A stretch of DNA of 64,000 nt from Octopus vulgaris (GCA_951406725.2 OX597814.1:206026001-206090000), one strand, 5' to 3'; counted from the stretch's first letter, positions 1-15,763 are shown. A program made the numbers and translations. The notes: generated from the letters alone by a model not told the origin.

Positions 1-294
1 TCTAGGAATAAAAAATGCAGATTCTTGAAAAGACTGCAGTGAGATCGTTGCGAGACTTTCCTATAGAAATGAGGAATGGAGCAGAACAGGCAGATACTGT
101 ACGCATCGTGTGTTCTGTGATGAACGTGACAAAGTCATGTGACCGATGATTGAAAAGGAAGGCAAAAATAAATAAATAATAACAGTCGAATGGATAAGTG
201 TGATAACAAACTATGAAAATGAATTATTTTAACCTGGGAATAGAAAATTACTATTTGTAAATCTCACAACGAGAGATATTCAGTAACAGTACTT

Positions 295-715
295 TGGAAT
301 AAATATTATTTGCCAACATAACATGGCAGTCCTGGTTTAGGACGAATGTTGCAGTAATTTAGCCCCAGGAGACATCGTCTCCAGCTGGCTATGCGACATG
401 ATCTGTGTTCTTATATTTTCAAACAAGGGAATCTAGCAACCCCACTCAGCTCAAAACAATATCTGTGTATCGGGATTTCCGGGTTATTTCCCTTGATCGT
501 TATTCTGTGCTGATGAAAGGAAAAAACCTGGAAATCCCGATACACAGATATTGTTTTGAGGTGGGTGGGAGTGCTAGATTCCCTTATTCGAAAATATAAG
601 GATACAGATCGTGTCGTATAGCCAGCTGGAGACGATGTCTCCTGGGGCTAAATTACAGCAACATTCGTCCTAAACTAGGACTGCCATGTTATGTTGGCAA
701 ATAATCTTTACTCCA
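295..715. repeat. Fold-back inverted repeat (~190-200 bp arms), probable Penelope pseudo-LTR pair
   Basis: attatttgccaacataacatggcagtcc... (305) is the reverse complement of ...ggactgccatgttatgttggcaaataat (705), with scattered mismatches; a hammerhead motif begins the right arm. Confidence 0.85.
504..548 (+). ncRNA. Minimal type I hammerhead ribozyme motif
   Basis: TCTGTG CTGATGA AAGG-aaaaaa-CCTG GAAA TCCCG ATA CACAGA: stem I TCTGTG/CACAGA, canonical CUGAUGA core, stem II, GAAA, AUA cleavage triplet. Confidence 0.8.
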
Positions 716-1157
716 GCATGGGAATAGTTTGAGTGAAGAAAACGTCTTTCGGGTTTCGAAAAATGATATTAATGCGAGTATGAACAGATAAGAAAAACAG
801 GTAAATCTCTTGTACAGAAGATAGAGAATTCCCGATATAGACCGACCCGAATATTCGGAATTCATAATTCAAATGTTTGTGTAATTGTGTGTGTGTGTGT
901 GTGTGTGTGTATCAACCAGCAATTCCACAAGTTAGATGCAGTATCACCTTGTCGGTGACGAGGTTGCAGTCCGTGCGATAAAAATGACATCAACAAATAA
1001 TAAATGTCTAAGTGAATTTAAAAGACATTTTTTTTTTCGTGGTTGGGAATGACAAACACATCTTTCACGCTGCAATCCTTTTAGTATCAACAGACAATCT
1101 CAAAAAAATCAATTCACCGTTAAGTACACCTTCAAAATACACACACACACACACACA

Positions 1158-1553
1158 TCTTTATATATAAAAGTCAAGTTGTGTGTCTGTCTCCTACGAT
1201 TTAGATTCCTAACTACTCCCACATTTTCCCGTGCAGTTTAACCAAAACCGGGTATCTTATAGTCGTGATTCATATCGAGCCCTTCTGGGTATTAGCGTGC
1301 GTCTACGATGAGTCTACGATTTAAAAAAAAATTACCATAATTTTTTTCCATTTTAATGCATTTTTTCGCTATTATATAAGGGAAGTAACTCTCTAAAAAT
1401 GTCTACGATGAGTCAACGATTTAAAAAAAAATTTACCATCATTTTTTTCCATTTTTAATGCATTTTTTTGCTACTTTTTGGCTATAACTCTCTAAAAATG
1501 CTTATATAGTTATTTCCCTTACAAACCCGAGCAACGCCGAGCGATACTGCTAG
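1158..1553 (+). mobile_element. Non-autonomous Helitron
   Basis: Starts a|TC, ends with GC-rich hairpin (cccgagcaacgccgag) then CTAG|t; inserted at an AT dinucleotide, no TSD seen. Confidence 0.75.
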
Positions 1554-1932
1554 TATATGTATATTTATCGACGTAAAGGTAGTCATTGTTGGAATACCTT
1601 GTATCATACCTTTACTCAGTTTGGGCTGACCTAGACAAAAATCAAAAACAAAAGCAACAACAACAACAGTTGACTTACCTTATCTCTGTCTTTCACTTTA
1701 AACGATAAACCTACGACAAATACCGGACAACGAAATGTAAACCAATTTCTTAAAAACATCAATATTTCTCAAACAACAAAATTAATTTTCTGTTTTCTTT
1801 CACTATAACTGGATCTATCCAAGAGGTGACATGTAGGCTGCTTCATCATAAACTACGCTCGAATTTGTTTGGCTTGATGTATTTATAGAATATATATATG
1901 TATATATATGTATGACTCTGTGTGTGTGTATG

Positions 1933-1994
<62 letters not shown>

Positions 1995-2053
1995 CTCCTG
2001 TAATTAGCATCACGCACACACACACAAAACACACAAATTCCCACACATATGAA

Positions 2054-2089
<36 letters not shown>

Positions 2090-2120
2090 ATCAAAATAAG
2101 CAACAAGAATGACTCCGGTA

Positions 2121-2152
<32 letters not shown>

Positions 2153-2591
2153 ATAGGCATGCATACGTACAAGCATACATACATGCATACATGCATACAT
2201 ACATACTTATGGATATAGGAGAGCACATGTCAAAACTGCAATTTTTGTTTCTAAAGAAAACTTGACAAACGAGTTTCTTTTCACAGACGTAAAATAATGA
2301 AAGGACACAAGCGCCAAAAGAAGGCTTTACTCACAAGAAGTAGCTGAGAAATTTCCTTCATGTCACAACCTGCCGGCCAAAAGTTAATACATTGGAAAAT
2401 GAGATGCTGAATTCTCACAAATATACATACATACATACATACATACATACATACATACATGCATACATACATACATACAAATTAAAATACCGTTGTTGAT
2501 GTTGAAATTGCAAAAAAGGAGTCTTGGATCTAGGTTAGAAACTGGATCTTTCTCTATTGGCAAGAAATTTTGAAATAAAACTGAAAAATGA

Positions 2592-2808
2592 CATACATAC
2601 ATACATACCTACATACATACATGCATACATACATACATACATACATACATACATACATACATACATACATACATACATACATACATACATACATACATAC
2701 ATACATACATACCTACATACATACATACATACATACATACATACATGCATGCATACATACATACATACATACATACATACATACATACATACATACATAC
2801 ATACATAC
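2592..2808. repeat. (ATAC)n microsatellite
   Basis: Direct reading; explains the YIHT/MYVC pseudo-ORFs. Confidence 0.95.
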
Positions 2809-3208
2809 GTCCGAGAGGGGCTGAAATGTTTTGGGTAAAAAAAATACATGAGGGCCAATTAATTAAGATTTTATTCAACCCCTCTCAGGTTCAATTATCG
2901 TAATAATTCTTCAGTTATTCTAAGTGAACTTGAATGCTTGGGCCTCTAACCAGACCTTCTGCGATTGAGCTTTTCAGCTCCTCCTCAATTGCGTGGACAC
3001 ACAAACGAGAAGGAGCATTCAACACATTCAGTAAGATTTACATATATTATTAGAAGAAAATTTATTCAATTCTATGTGACTTAAAGATCCGTAAGCCTCT
3101 AACAGAAACTCGTCTCTTTCAAGATTTCCATTGCCATATAGATAGATGCAAGACTTGGAAGGTGGCGACCGGAATATAGTAGGAATTACATGTATTATTT
3201 AGAACATC

Positions 3209-3585
3209 GAAGGCAGCGAGCTGGCAAAACCGTTAGCACGCCGGGCGAAATGCTTAGAGGTATTTCGTCTGCCGCTACGTTCTGAGTTCAAATTCCGCCG
3301 ATGTCGACTTTGCCTTTCATCCTTTCGGGGTCGATTAAATTAAGTACCAGTTACGCACTGGGGGTCGATATAATCGACTTAATCCGATTGTCCTTGTTTG
3401 TCCTCTCTGTGTTTAGCCCCTTGTGGATAGTAAAGAAATAGGTATTTCGCCAGTCGTTACGTTCTGCGTTCAAATTCCGCCGAGGTCGACCTTGCCTTTC
3501 ATCCTTTCCGGATTCATAAATTAAGTACCAGTGAAACACTGGGACCGATGTAATCGGGTAGTCCTCTCCCCCATAATGGGTCGAT
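3209..3585 (+). mobile_element. Octopus-type tRNA-derived SINE with internal duplication (family 'ggcgagctggcagaa...')
   Basis: Head gagctggcaaaaccgttagcacgccgggcgaaatgc, B-box-like gagttcaaattcc; same family recurs at 23090, 29765, 31155, 51590. Confidence 0.8.
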
Positions 3586-3990
3586 AAGTAAGCAGCTTCT
3601 CTTTTCCTTATCAATGACTGTAATATCTTATCTATTGTTTTCTTGTCTGTTTGAATAGGAAAGTCCCACAAAATCTTAGATTTCTCCAACTCTAGTACTC
3701 TTTCGACTCGATAATTGTACCATGTGTTTCCAGCTTCACCCATTTCTGGCACAGTTTTCAGTGCATAAATTTTACAAACTGGTCGTTCCACAATTTCTTA
3801 TATTCTTCCTGTGCCAGCTTGGTTGCATTCTCTCACAATATGCGCCATTGCCCCGTTCCAAGTTCCACAACCTCATCACTTTTCTTACACCTTCTCTCCA
3901 TATATATTTTTCTCAAGTTGTTTGTTTTATTGCATGATCTTGGGCTGCTACTCTTAGCCTCTCTGTTTCTTTTTTAATTGCCCCTATTAC
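3586..3990 (-). mobile_element. Degenerate R4/Dong-type LINE fragment (RLE region)
   Basis: Translations ETERLRVAAQDHAI and KILWDFPIQTDK match the larger element at 4181-6241. Confidence 0.7.
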
Positions 3991-3991
3991 A

Positions 3992-4158
<167 letters not shown>

Positions 4159-4180
4159 TATCATTATCATTATTATTATT

Positions 4181-6241
4181 CAGTAGTTTTATTTTTATAG
4201 CGTGCTTTCACTTCACTACCGAGCACAGCTCTGTGTGCCTTGGGTATGTGCTGTGATTTGTTGTGATGCTCTGATGGTTATTGTATGGAAAGTGTTCTGC
4301 GTAGGATGTGTGCAGTGCCTAGTAGTGCAATAAGTCCTGGTGTTTTTGTTATGTATTTGTCTGAATATTTTTTATCATGCCTAATGCACCTACTATGATA
4401 GGAATTGTTTCTGTTTTCAGATTCCACATTCTAGTTACCTCTATTTCCAGGTCTTTGTATTTTGAGAGTTTCTCCATTTCTTTTAGAGACACGTTGTCAT
4501 CAGCCGGTATTGATACATCAATTAGAAAGCATTTTTTTCTTCATGATCTCTGACAACTATATCTGGTCTGTTGGCCTTAATTTCTCTATCTGTGTGTATC
4601 GGCATATCCCAGAGTATGGTTGCTTTCTCGTTTTCTGTGACCTTTTCTGGTGTGTGCCTATACCATCTTTTTTCTGTTGTTATTCCATAATGTTGGCATA
4701 GCTTCCAATGTATGTAGGTTCCAACTCTGTCATGTCTGTGAATATATTCCTTCTTAGCCAAGACTGGGCAGCTAGAGACAATATGATTTATTGTTTCTTG
4801 TCCATCTCCACATATTCTGCAGTTACTTGTAATATTTCTTTTCATTACATGTTTTTGGTAATTTCTGGTGGGGAGGCTTTGGTCTTGTGCTGCAATTAAA
4901 AATCCCTCTGTTTCTGCTTTGAGTCCTGAGCTTCTCAACCATTGCTGGGATTTTTCTTTGTCTATTTCTTTTGCGTTTAGTTTAGTCCAGTATTTACCAT
5001 GAAGGGGCTTTTCTTGCCATCGTTTTATCATGGTTCGTTGCTGTTCTATTTTTAGTTTGGATTTCATTTGTTTTATAGCTTTTGTTGTTTCTTCATCTTC
5101 TTCTTCTTCTTCTTCATGTTTATTAGGTGGTATGATTTCTTGTTTGTATTTGTCAGCTTCCTTAAATACTGAGAACAGTTTTTTGTTTTGCTCGTGTTTT
5201 GCTGCTATCTGGATCAGTTTTCCTTCCTTCTGAAGTAGATATTTTTGCAGTCCTATGGTGGTTATTTTATAGTAGTTTTCCAGCTGTATAAGGCCTCTAC
5301 CACCTTCTATACGTTGTATATATAGTCTTTCTATGTCAGATTTTGGGTGATGCATCCTAGATCCTGTCATTATTTTTCTTGTTTTCCTATCTATTTTGGT
5401 CAGTTCATTTCGTGTCCAGTTAAGGATATTGTAGCTGTAACTTATAACTGGGACAGCTAAAGTGTTGATACCTATTATCTTGTTTTTAGCATTGAGCTCT
5501 GTGTTTAGTATTGATCTAACTCGTCTATAATATTCTTTTTTTATTTTCTCTTTCATTTGTGTGTGTTGTGTCTTATCTAGTTCATGGATTCCTAAGTATT
5601 TGTAAGTTTGGCTTTGGTCTAATTCTTTTATTTCATTGGTTTTATCTAGTGTGATGCTGTTACTCTTAACTAGTTTTCCTCTTTTCATGGTTACTTTGGC
5701 GCATTTTTCTAATCCAAATTTCTTATCTATTTCTTTGGTAAATCCATGAACTGTCTTTAATAGTGTTTCCAGCTGTTTGTCATTTGCAGCGTATAGTTTT
5801 AGGTCATCCATATATAAAAGGTGGCTGATCGTTTTGCCGTAACATTTATATCCGCATCCAGTTCTATTTAGCATATCAGATAGAGGTGACAGTGCCAAGC
5901 AGAAAAGGAGTGAAGAGAGCGTGTCTCCCTGGAATATTCCTCTTCTAATGGGGATGTCTTTGGTTTTCATGAGTCCCTCTTTTGTTTGGAGGTGTAGGAC
6001 TGTTTGCCATTTATTCATAGAGCACTCTATGAATTTTATGATTGTTGGTGCTACTTTGTTAATGGCTAGTGTTTCGAGGATCCATGTGTGGGGGATGCTA
6101 TCAAACGCCTTTCTGTAGTCAATCCAGGCCATACTGAGGCCTTTCTTCTTTCTGTGGCTGTCTTCAGTTATGGCTTTATTAATCATTAGTTGATCTTTAC
6201 AGCCATATGAGCCTTTGCGGCATCCTTTCTGCTCTTCTGGG
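4181..6241 (-). mobile_element. 5'-truncated R4/Dong-clade non-LTR retrotransposon (RT + restriction-like endonuclease)
   Basis: ORF 4522-6186: [44 protein letters not shown] knuckle, RHD, RPDIVV; frame open upstream to ~6240 ([18 protein letters not shown]); frameshift in poly-A run near 4530; (TAA)n on both sides. Confidence 0.93.
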
Positions 6242-6242
6242 A

Positions 6243-6405
<163 letters not shown>

Positions 6406-7331
6406 TACATGACGCACAGTATACAATATTGTGAAGTTGTTCATTGAAGATATCGTACTGTTTGTCAAGTCACAACAAGGACCTCAGACAGACAGCATTT
6501 TACGCAATAGGCATGCAGTTCCAGCTAATGCCGACTTTTGCAATACACCTAGATTGTAGGCTATTCCTAAAGTTTTCAGATATTTTTTTCAGATTGGGCG
6601 ATATTCAAACCAATGTTCCGATAACAATAAGAATAACCTAATATAAAAGAGACATTTATTGAATAACATTATCTGAAGTACTGCTCTTCTCTTTCATTTA
6701 AGTTCTTTCATTTAAGTAGCCATCTCGTATTTTTCTGGCTCATATTGGTTAGGAGGGCTAATACATATAATTAACAATTAACAGAGTTACTTGACCAGCA
6801 CTTCAAATAACTAAGTGCAGAAAACCCCAAAAACTATAATTATAGTTCATACACATCCTCGTTTAGATGAAAAAATATTAAAAACTTTCTTATTCCTCTT
6901 TACACCAGAGAGAGGAGAGAGGTTGCAGTATAATTTCAAAGTCTCTGTGAGTTTTACTGTGAGCAATACTTGATATTAATCGAGTGTGAGGCGTCGAGCT
7001 GGCGGAATCGTTTGCACGTCTGGTGAAATGTTTTGCGGCGTTTCATCTGTCTGTACGTCAGGAGTTCAAATTTGCCTTTCATCATTTCAAGGTCGATCAG
7101 TCAAGCACTGTGGTCGTTACAAACGAGTGACAGCCTCGCCCGAAGTTGCTGGCCTTGTGCCAAATTTTGAAACCGATATAATAATTACAATCACTTTTAT
7201 TACTGCTTCGCTGGTTTAGGATATTTACCCAGACCGAACGTAAACAGTGTGACGACTTCCCTGTCAATTAAGCTGTAAGTTTTAATTTATGCATAAATTA
7301 TGGCTGACAACTTTTCTATTTCTGCCTGTCT

Positions 7332-7375
<44 letters not shown>

Positions 7376-7884
7376 CCTGTCCCCCTCTCTCCAGAAATCA
7401 GTGTTATTAGGGACAGCTAAGATTCTTAGGAAAGTTCTCGGCATCTAAGGATATTAGGATTTTTTCCTTCTTTTCTTTTTCCTCCAGGCTGATCTTCTGC
7501 AAAAATCCAGGTAGATCTCGCGACCGACAATATATCCTTATGATCGGGAGCCGAATAAACTGACCACTAAGCCAAGCGCTTTCACACACACGCGCGCGCA
7601 CGAACATACGCACATACACATATAAACACACACAAACACACATAAACACACAAAAACACACACACACGCGCACACAAACACACACAAACATAGTTTCGTA
7701 GATATTATAAATTTTAATATTGTGTATATATATATATCACACACGCACGCACATATGCACACACACACACTCATACACACAAACAAATATATTTTCGATG
7801 ATATGTTTTTTTTTTTAGTTTCAGGTCAGAGCTGCGGCCATGCTGATGCACCGCCGTTAAATTATTAATTTTAATAATATAGTT

Positions 7885-7927
<43 letters not shown>

Positions 7928-7931
<4 letters not shown>

Positions 7932-8097
7932 ACAGGAGTGGCTGTGTGGTAAGTAGCTTGCTTATCAACCACAGTCTAGGTTCTAGGTTCTGTCCTACTA
8001 CGTGGAATCTTGAGCAAGTGTCTTCCACTATAGCCTCGGACTGAACAAAGCCTTGTGAGTGGATTTGGTAGATGGAAACTAAAAGAATCCCGTCGCA
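7928..8097 (+). mobile_element. Octopus-type tRNA-derived SINE (family 'ggagtggctgtgtggtaag'), partial
   Basis: gtggctgtgtggtaagtagcttgc...aaagccttgtgagtggatttggtagatggaaact; many copies in window. Confidence 0.75.
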
Positions 8098-8612
8098 TAC
8101 ATACATACATATACATATATATAGTGCCTTTTAGTCACCATCTGGTTCCTTACTCTCATTAGTACGCTTATATACCAAATTTTCCCATGGTGGGTTCACC
8201 ATCATAGGCTGCTTATGCCATTCCATCCGCAAATTCGAACCTACTAGCTGGCACTTTACATATGAACTTTCACCTCTGTAACACCACTTTATTTCTATGT
8301 AAACATAATGTGAATTTCTATGCAAACATAATGCGAACTAATGCCTAAATTCGCCCTTCCTAAAACCTCCTCCCAAGAACGACTATACTCATCTATCCAC
8401 CATTGGATGGAATAACATGGATCCTGGATTACACCAAGGGAAGTTCGTAGCTTATTTCCCCTTTCTGTACCTAATTCATTTCAATAAGTTGTCCTTCTCT
8501 CACAGTCTCATGTTTGCTCCTATTGTTTTTCTGCTCTTTTCTATAATGACAAATACACTGCACCTATTGTTAATTGTTAATTATATGTATTAGCCCTCCT
8601 AACCACTTAGAC

Positions 8613-8735
8613 CCTCTGAAGCAGCCTAGAGGCACACTCATGATCCAAAACTTATCTGCCCATCCCTACAGAACACTGAAGAGATGGAGATGGCATGTAG
8701 GATTTCGTTGCTTCTTAGCAGAAACGGCCGTAAGG
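8613..8735 (+). ncRNA. Degenerate hammerhead-like motif with very long stem II
   Basis: CCT CTGAAGC ...~100 nt closed imperfectly by gcctagaggca/tgcttcttagc... GAAAC GGCC GTA AGG; palindromic stem III ACGGCCGT; core has A9>C. Confidence 0.45.
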
Positions 8736-8906
8736 AACTGATCTTTTGCTCTTTCTTGTAATATTAATACATGTGTGTGTAACACATGGTTACTACATGT
8801 GTATGTTTTCTTCTAATACTTTCTAATGCTTTCGAATAAACAGACACACTGGAATATCTACCGGATGATGATTGCCGTTTGGTATCCACTCCATTTTCTT
8901 ATTTGC

Positions 8907-8989
<83 letters not shown>

Positions 8990-8991
<2 letters not shown>

Positions 8992-9151
8992 AGGCGCAGG
9001 AGTGGCTGTTTCGTAAGAACCTTGCTTACCAACCACATAGTTCTGGATTCAGTCCTACTACGTGGCACTTTGGGCAAGTCTCCCACTGTAGCCTCGGATC
9101 GACCAAAGCCCTGAGAGTGGATTTGGTAGATGGAAACTGAAAGAATCCTGT

Positions 9152-9201
<50 letters not shown>

Positions 9202-9425
9202 TTTGTTGTTTGCGTCAGTGTTTGTCCCCCGTCCCCCTTCGCTTGGCAACCGTTGTTGGTGTTTTTATGTCCCCGACACTTAGCAGTTCGGCAAAAACAT
9301 TTGGATAGAATAAGTACCAGGAGTGCAAAGAATAAGTCCTGTATCGATTTATTCGATTAAAGCTGGTGATCCAGCATTGCCGCAATCAGATCAGTGAAAC
9401 AAGTAAAAGAGTAAAATAGTAAAAG
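8990..9425 (+). mobile_element. Octopus-type SINE, near full length with internal (TA)n
   Basis: ggcgcaggagtggctg head ... gaaacaagtaaaagagtaaaa tail. Confidence 0.8.
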
Positions 9426-9536
9426 AATATATATATATATATATATGTATATATATGGTACGCACACACACACATACACACGAGCGCGGGCGCGCAAAAA
9501 CACACGTGGACACACACACATATTTTCCTAGTTATT

Positions 9537-9845
9537 AGTGTCTTCCACTATAGCCTCGGGCTGACCAACGCCTTGTGAGTGGATTTGGTAGAGCGAAACT
9601 GAAAGAAGCCTGTCGTTTATGTGTGTGTGTGTTTGCGCGTGTGTGCCTGTGTGTCGGGAGTTATACCCCCACCATCGCTTGACAACCGACGTTGGTGTGT
9701 TTATGTCTCCGTAACCTAGCGGTTCTGTAAAAGATATCGATAGAATAAGTACCAGGCTTACAAAGAATAAGTTTTGGAGTTTTCGACTAAAGGCTGTGCT
9801 GCAGCTTGGCGCAGTCATCTCAAACATATAAAAGAATAAAAGAAT
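9537..9845 (+). mobile_element. Octopus-type SINE, 5'-truncated
   Basis: gtgtcttccactatagcctcggg...gaataagtaccaggcttacaaagaataag. Confidence 0.75.
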
Positions 9846-9851
9846 ATATAC

Positions 9852-9894
<43 letters not shown>

Positions 9895-9904
9895 TGCATA
9901 TGTT

Positions 9905-9966
<62 letters not shown>

Positions 9967-10095
9967 TTACTGCAATTAAAACAATGGCTGGTTTTTTGGT
10001 GTGACCTGAAATAAAGATAAGATTGTGCATTGTTTGTTGTTACATATATCTATCTATGTATATATACATACACATACATACATATATGTGTGTAT

Positions 10096-10155
<60 letters not shown>

Positions 10156-10165
10156 ATATGTCTTC

Positions 10166-10201
<36 letters not shown>

Positions 10202-10245
10202 GTATATATATATATGTATATATTTATATATATATATATATATAT

Positions 10246-11882
<1,637 letters not shown>

Positions 11883-12328
11883 TATATACATGTAAGTACA
11901 AGTTTTATATTGTATGTATATATTCTATTAGTTTGCCTGTACAGCTGATATTCGCTTACTACTACTGATGGCATTTTAGTAGTACAATCGCTCTTATATT
12001 TACTTATAGATAGTTTCACGTATTTCTTTTGTTTAAACAGTTTTTCAGGCATTGTGGGGAAAATTTTAGTATTAGTTCGTCGACTGATTGTGACTGAGGC
12101 GAAACAGGCACCATTTTGGTACTAATTTGAAAACCATGGCATCAGATTGACCAGCTTTACTTGTGCTCACCTAGCAGAGGTAAGACGATTTTACTGTTCA
12201 CTGGATTGTTTTCCTACCATGCCTGTATTAGATTTGTGACAGATCCGTTGCAGAAAAATATTTTTGACTTCTGTTTTTAGCGATGCAGCTACTCATGTAG
12301 TACCCTCGTTTATACACGCACGCACACA

Positions 12329-12370
<42 letters not shown>

Positions 12371-13018
12371 CACAAGAGTTATGGAGTAAACCCTGTGTTT
12401 TTATTCGGACACCCGTCAAACCGGGTCGCCTACCGTGAAATATAAAAACAACTTCTTCAGCTTATCTTACTTCGATACGAGAAAAATCCACAAACTTCCG
12501 TCTCAATAAAGCGCTGTCTCTAAAAGATTTTTTTTTTGTAATATTGACTACGGATTGCTTGAAGATAACTTTATTCTTAGACCTCGGTCACTGGATCTTA
12601 GATTTATATACAATTGCGGCCAAAATGTTCAGAACGGCATTGTTTTTGTCAGAAAAGTAGGTATAAGTTTTTATCAAAGTTGTTTTAGTTTCTATAATTT
12701 TCACACACAATAAATACAATATTAATTGTTATTGTCTGAGATTTTAATGTAATTTGAGAGGATAATACAAAAGTTATGGATGATTTAGTGATTTAGTGCA
12801 AAGCCCATAGCGGCCAAAATGATCCACTAAACCAAATTTAAATTAACACTGCTCCAGAACTTTTCCCACGGTGGAACAATGGTTCTTCTCTGACAGCAAT
12901 TTTACGTTTTCCAGATGCCTTTAGCTAGGCCGAAATAATGTTTTCACTACCCTTTCTAACCTTTTCTACTTCAACAAAAGCTAGAATAGAGATAACAAGA
13001 CCGCCAAGTAAATCTATT

Positions 13019-13247
13019 GCTCTCAGTGATATATCTATCCGAGGTGGAAAACCACACCGCCATCTCTTCGGCCATCGGAAAAATGGCCGGATAACTGAAG
13101 AGATGGAGGCGTGGTTTTCCACCTCGGCATCCGAAACTCGGAGTTTTATCAGGGCAACCGAATAATTGTCACATATTACATTTACAGATAAATTCCTCTA
13201 TCTACATAATATCGAGGTATATTTCTTTTGTTGTCTTACCTTTTTTA

Positions 13248-13250
<3 letters not shown>
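13019..13250 (+). mobile_element. Penelope pseudo-LTR with short inverted duplication
   Basis: ccgaggtggaaaaccacaccgccatctcttcgg is inverse to ctgaagagatggaggcgtggttttccacctcgg; homologous to the pLTR at 34615-34780. Confidence 0.75.
13090..13150 (+). ncRNA. Type I hammerhead ribozyme motif (canonical core)
   Basis: GATAA CTGAAGA GATG...CATC c GAAAC TCGGA GTT TTATC. Confidence 0.8.
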
Positions 13251-13299
<49 letters not shown>

Positions 13300-13580
13300 C
13301 AAGAGTTACAGAATGGTGCAGACATGATCAGGGTTACAGCTAGGATCTAATCTACTCCATTCAGTAACTCTTGAATTCGTACACGGACAGCTGGCAACCC
13401 TGTTCACCTACCGTGAAATATAAAAGGAACGTTTTCTGTTTATCGTACTTCGATACAAAAGAAATCCACAACCTTCTGTCTCAATAAACCACTACAGTCC
13501 CTATAAATTGTTGTTTTATATCTACTATGGATTGCATGAAGAATACTTTCTTCTTGCACCTCAATCCCTGGATCATACAG

Positions 13581-13618
<38 letters not shown>

Positions 13619-13649
13619 ATACATGCATATATATACATACATACATACA

Positions 13650-13751
<102 letters not shown>

Positions 13752-13752
13752 T

Positions 13753-13930
13753 AGGGAGAGTTTACGAAAAACAAAAGACGAAGGCAGGTGGTGTACAAAA
13801 TAAACAGGTGTATTAGTATAACGCTCAGGAATAGATAAAGTCTTTTACGTTTCGAGCTTACGCTCTTCTACTGAAAGGGAGACAGAAAAAACAAGGAGAG
13901 AAAAAATGTGTGTAGTGGCTAACGATCTAT
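13753..13930 (-). mobile_element. Penelope pLTR remnant with degenerate hammerhead (13842-13877)
   Basis: Reverse complement of the 11255-11440 pLTR; core reads CAGTAGA. Confidence 0.65.
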
Positions 13931-13939
13931 ATATATATA

Positions 13940-14115
13940 GGGGGAAAATAAGAAAAATCAACGAAAATGCACATTGTAAATAAAAGAAGAATAGGCTTTT
14001 TATGAAAGGTAACGACAGATATATACATGTATATATCTGTCGTTACCCTTCATAAAAAGCCTTTTCTATTTTTATTTACAATATGCATTTTCGTTGATTT
14101 TTCTTATTTTCCCCT
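13940..14115. repeat. Fold-back palindrome (~88-bp arms, no spacer)
   Basis: ggggaaaataagaaaaatcaacgaaaatgc...cagatatatacatgtatatatctg...gcattttcgttgatttttcttattttcccc. Confidence 0.9.
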
Positions 14116-14174
14116 TACATTTCCACGTGTATTTTATATTTTATATTTTCTTTTTGTAACACATTTCTACTAAG

Positions 14175-14228
<54 letters not shown>

Positions 14229-15104
14229 CATATATATTATTTACATTTGACGGATATTTGTCCTCATCACACGCAAATATTAAAAATGATACATTTAAGA
14301 TTCCCAAGAATTCATTAAAAAACAGTTCCAATCACTGCTATAATCCATAACGAGTCACTTTTAGGTCACTTTACCATTTAACATCCTACTACAATCATAC
14401 CACCTACATTCCTTCTTATTCTCCCTTCCCTTTCTCCTTCTTCTTCGTCTTCCCCTCCGCCACCTCCTTCCTAACTTTACCACTGTTGCTGGTTAGAATA
14501 ACACCAACGCAAATTTTATAAAGAATACATTCAAAAGAGATGTCTCAAGAATTCAATCACTACTACCATCCACAACAAGTCACTTTCAGGGCACTTGACC
14601 ATTTAACATCCTATTACAATCACGGTACTCCTTCATTCTTCTCCTTCTCTTCCTCCCCCTCCTCATCCTCTTTCTTCTTCTTCTCCATCTTCTTCTTCTT
14701 CTTCTTCTTCTTCTTCTTCTTCTTCTTCTTCCCTGCCATGAATTCACAACGACCTCGAACCCACAAGAGTAAACAAGAGAGACAGAGACAGACAGAAACA
14801 AGGAAAATGTCCCTTGTATTTGAATTCTATGCAAAAATTCTTTCAAAAACTTTTCATTTAATTTTTCCAAAATTTAATTGTTTTCCATACTTACAGTTGA
14901 AAAAGTCTCAATGACTGAAACCGGTACTGAAATGTTTTTTATAAAATTATTTTAGCATTTTCTACCTTGACTTTTTCTCCATATATATCAAGTCGTGTGT
15001 TCCTTTTCAACCTTCTACATATCTTCTACATATATGCGAAATATAGATTTACGGAATGGAATAGCTAAAATCCGGGTCTTATCTGATCCATTCCGCAACT
15101 CTTT

Positions 15105-15147
<43 letters not shown>

Positions 15148-15763
15148 CTACAATTTACTCATTTATTTAAAGCCAAGATGAATACAATTGTACACTTGGA
15201 AGCTGTAGGGTCACCCGAGCATAAAAGATGACCGTTATTTGTAATTCAATGGTACAACAGTGTAAGAGTTTGCTTTGAGATATACTTAGATTGTGATTTC
15301 TGCAATGTGGTGAATAAATTGTCAAGTAAAGGAGGAGAATATTTGCCTCCAAAGTGTTGAGTAAAGTTATTTGGTTGCAGATCTCCTTTGGGTCTTTTTA
15401 TTTTCACTGGGTCAGAGATAGTCCTCAGATGTGAACATTGATTTCAAGGCCTTCGCAGATAAGTGACTGGTTATTCAAAGAGATTTATAGATTTCAAATT
15501 TATTTTGTCTAGTTACTTATCGGCATAGTGATAATTGGCAAACTCCAGAGGTGACACTTTCCCTACATCCTTCCAATTGCTATAGATCCGGAATGCATCT
15601 TATGGTTGTGCCCGTCACCTGAATGGTGAGGAATCCTACATTGGGGAGTAGTAACGATGAGGGTAGGGTAGCTGACTGCTTATTGGGATTATTCGTCTTT
15701 TGGTTTCCTATAGCTTTGCTCTCTTTTACAAACCCAGTGAACATTCAATAGATATAAGACCCA

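Noticed and set aside
3209-3300. tRNA gene calls at SINE heads
   Set aside because: Only A/B-box-like remnants followed by SINE bodies; no complete cloverleaf seen
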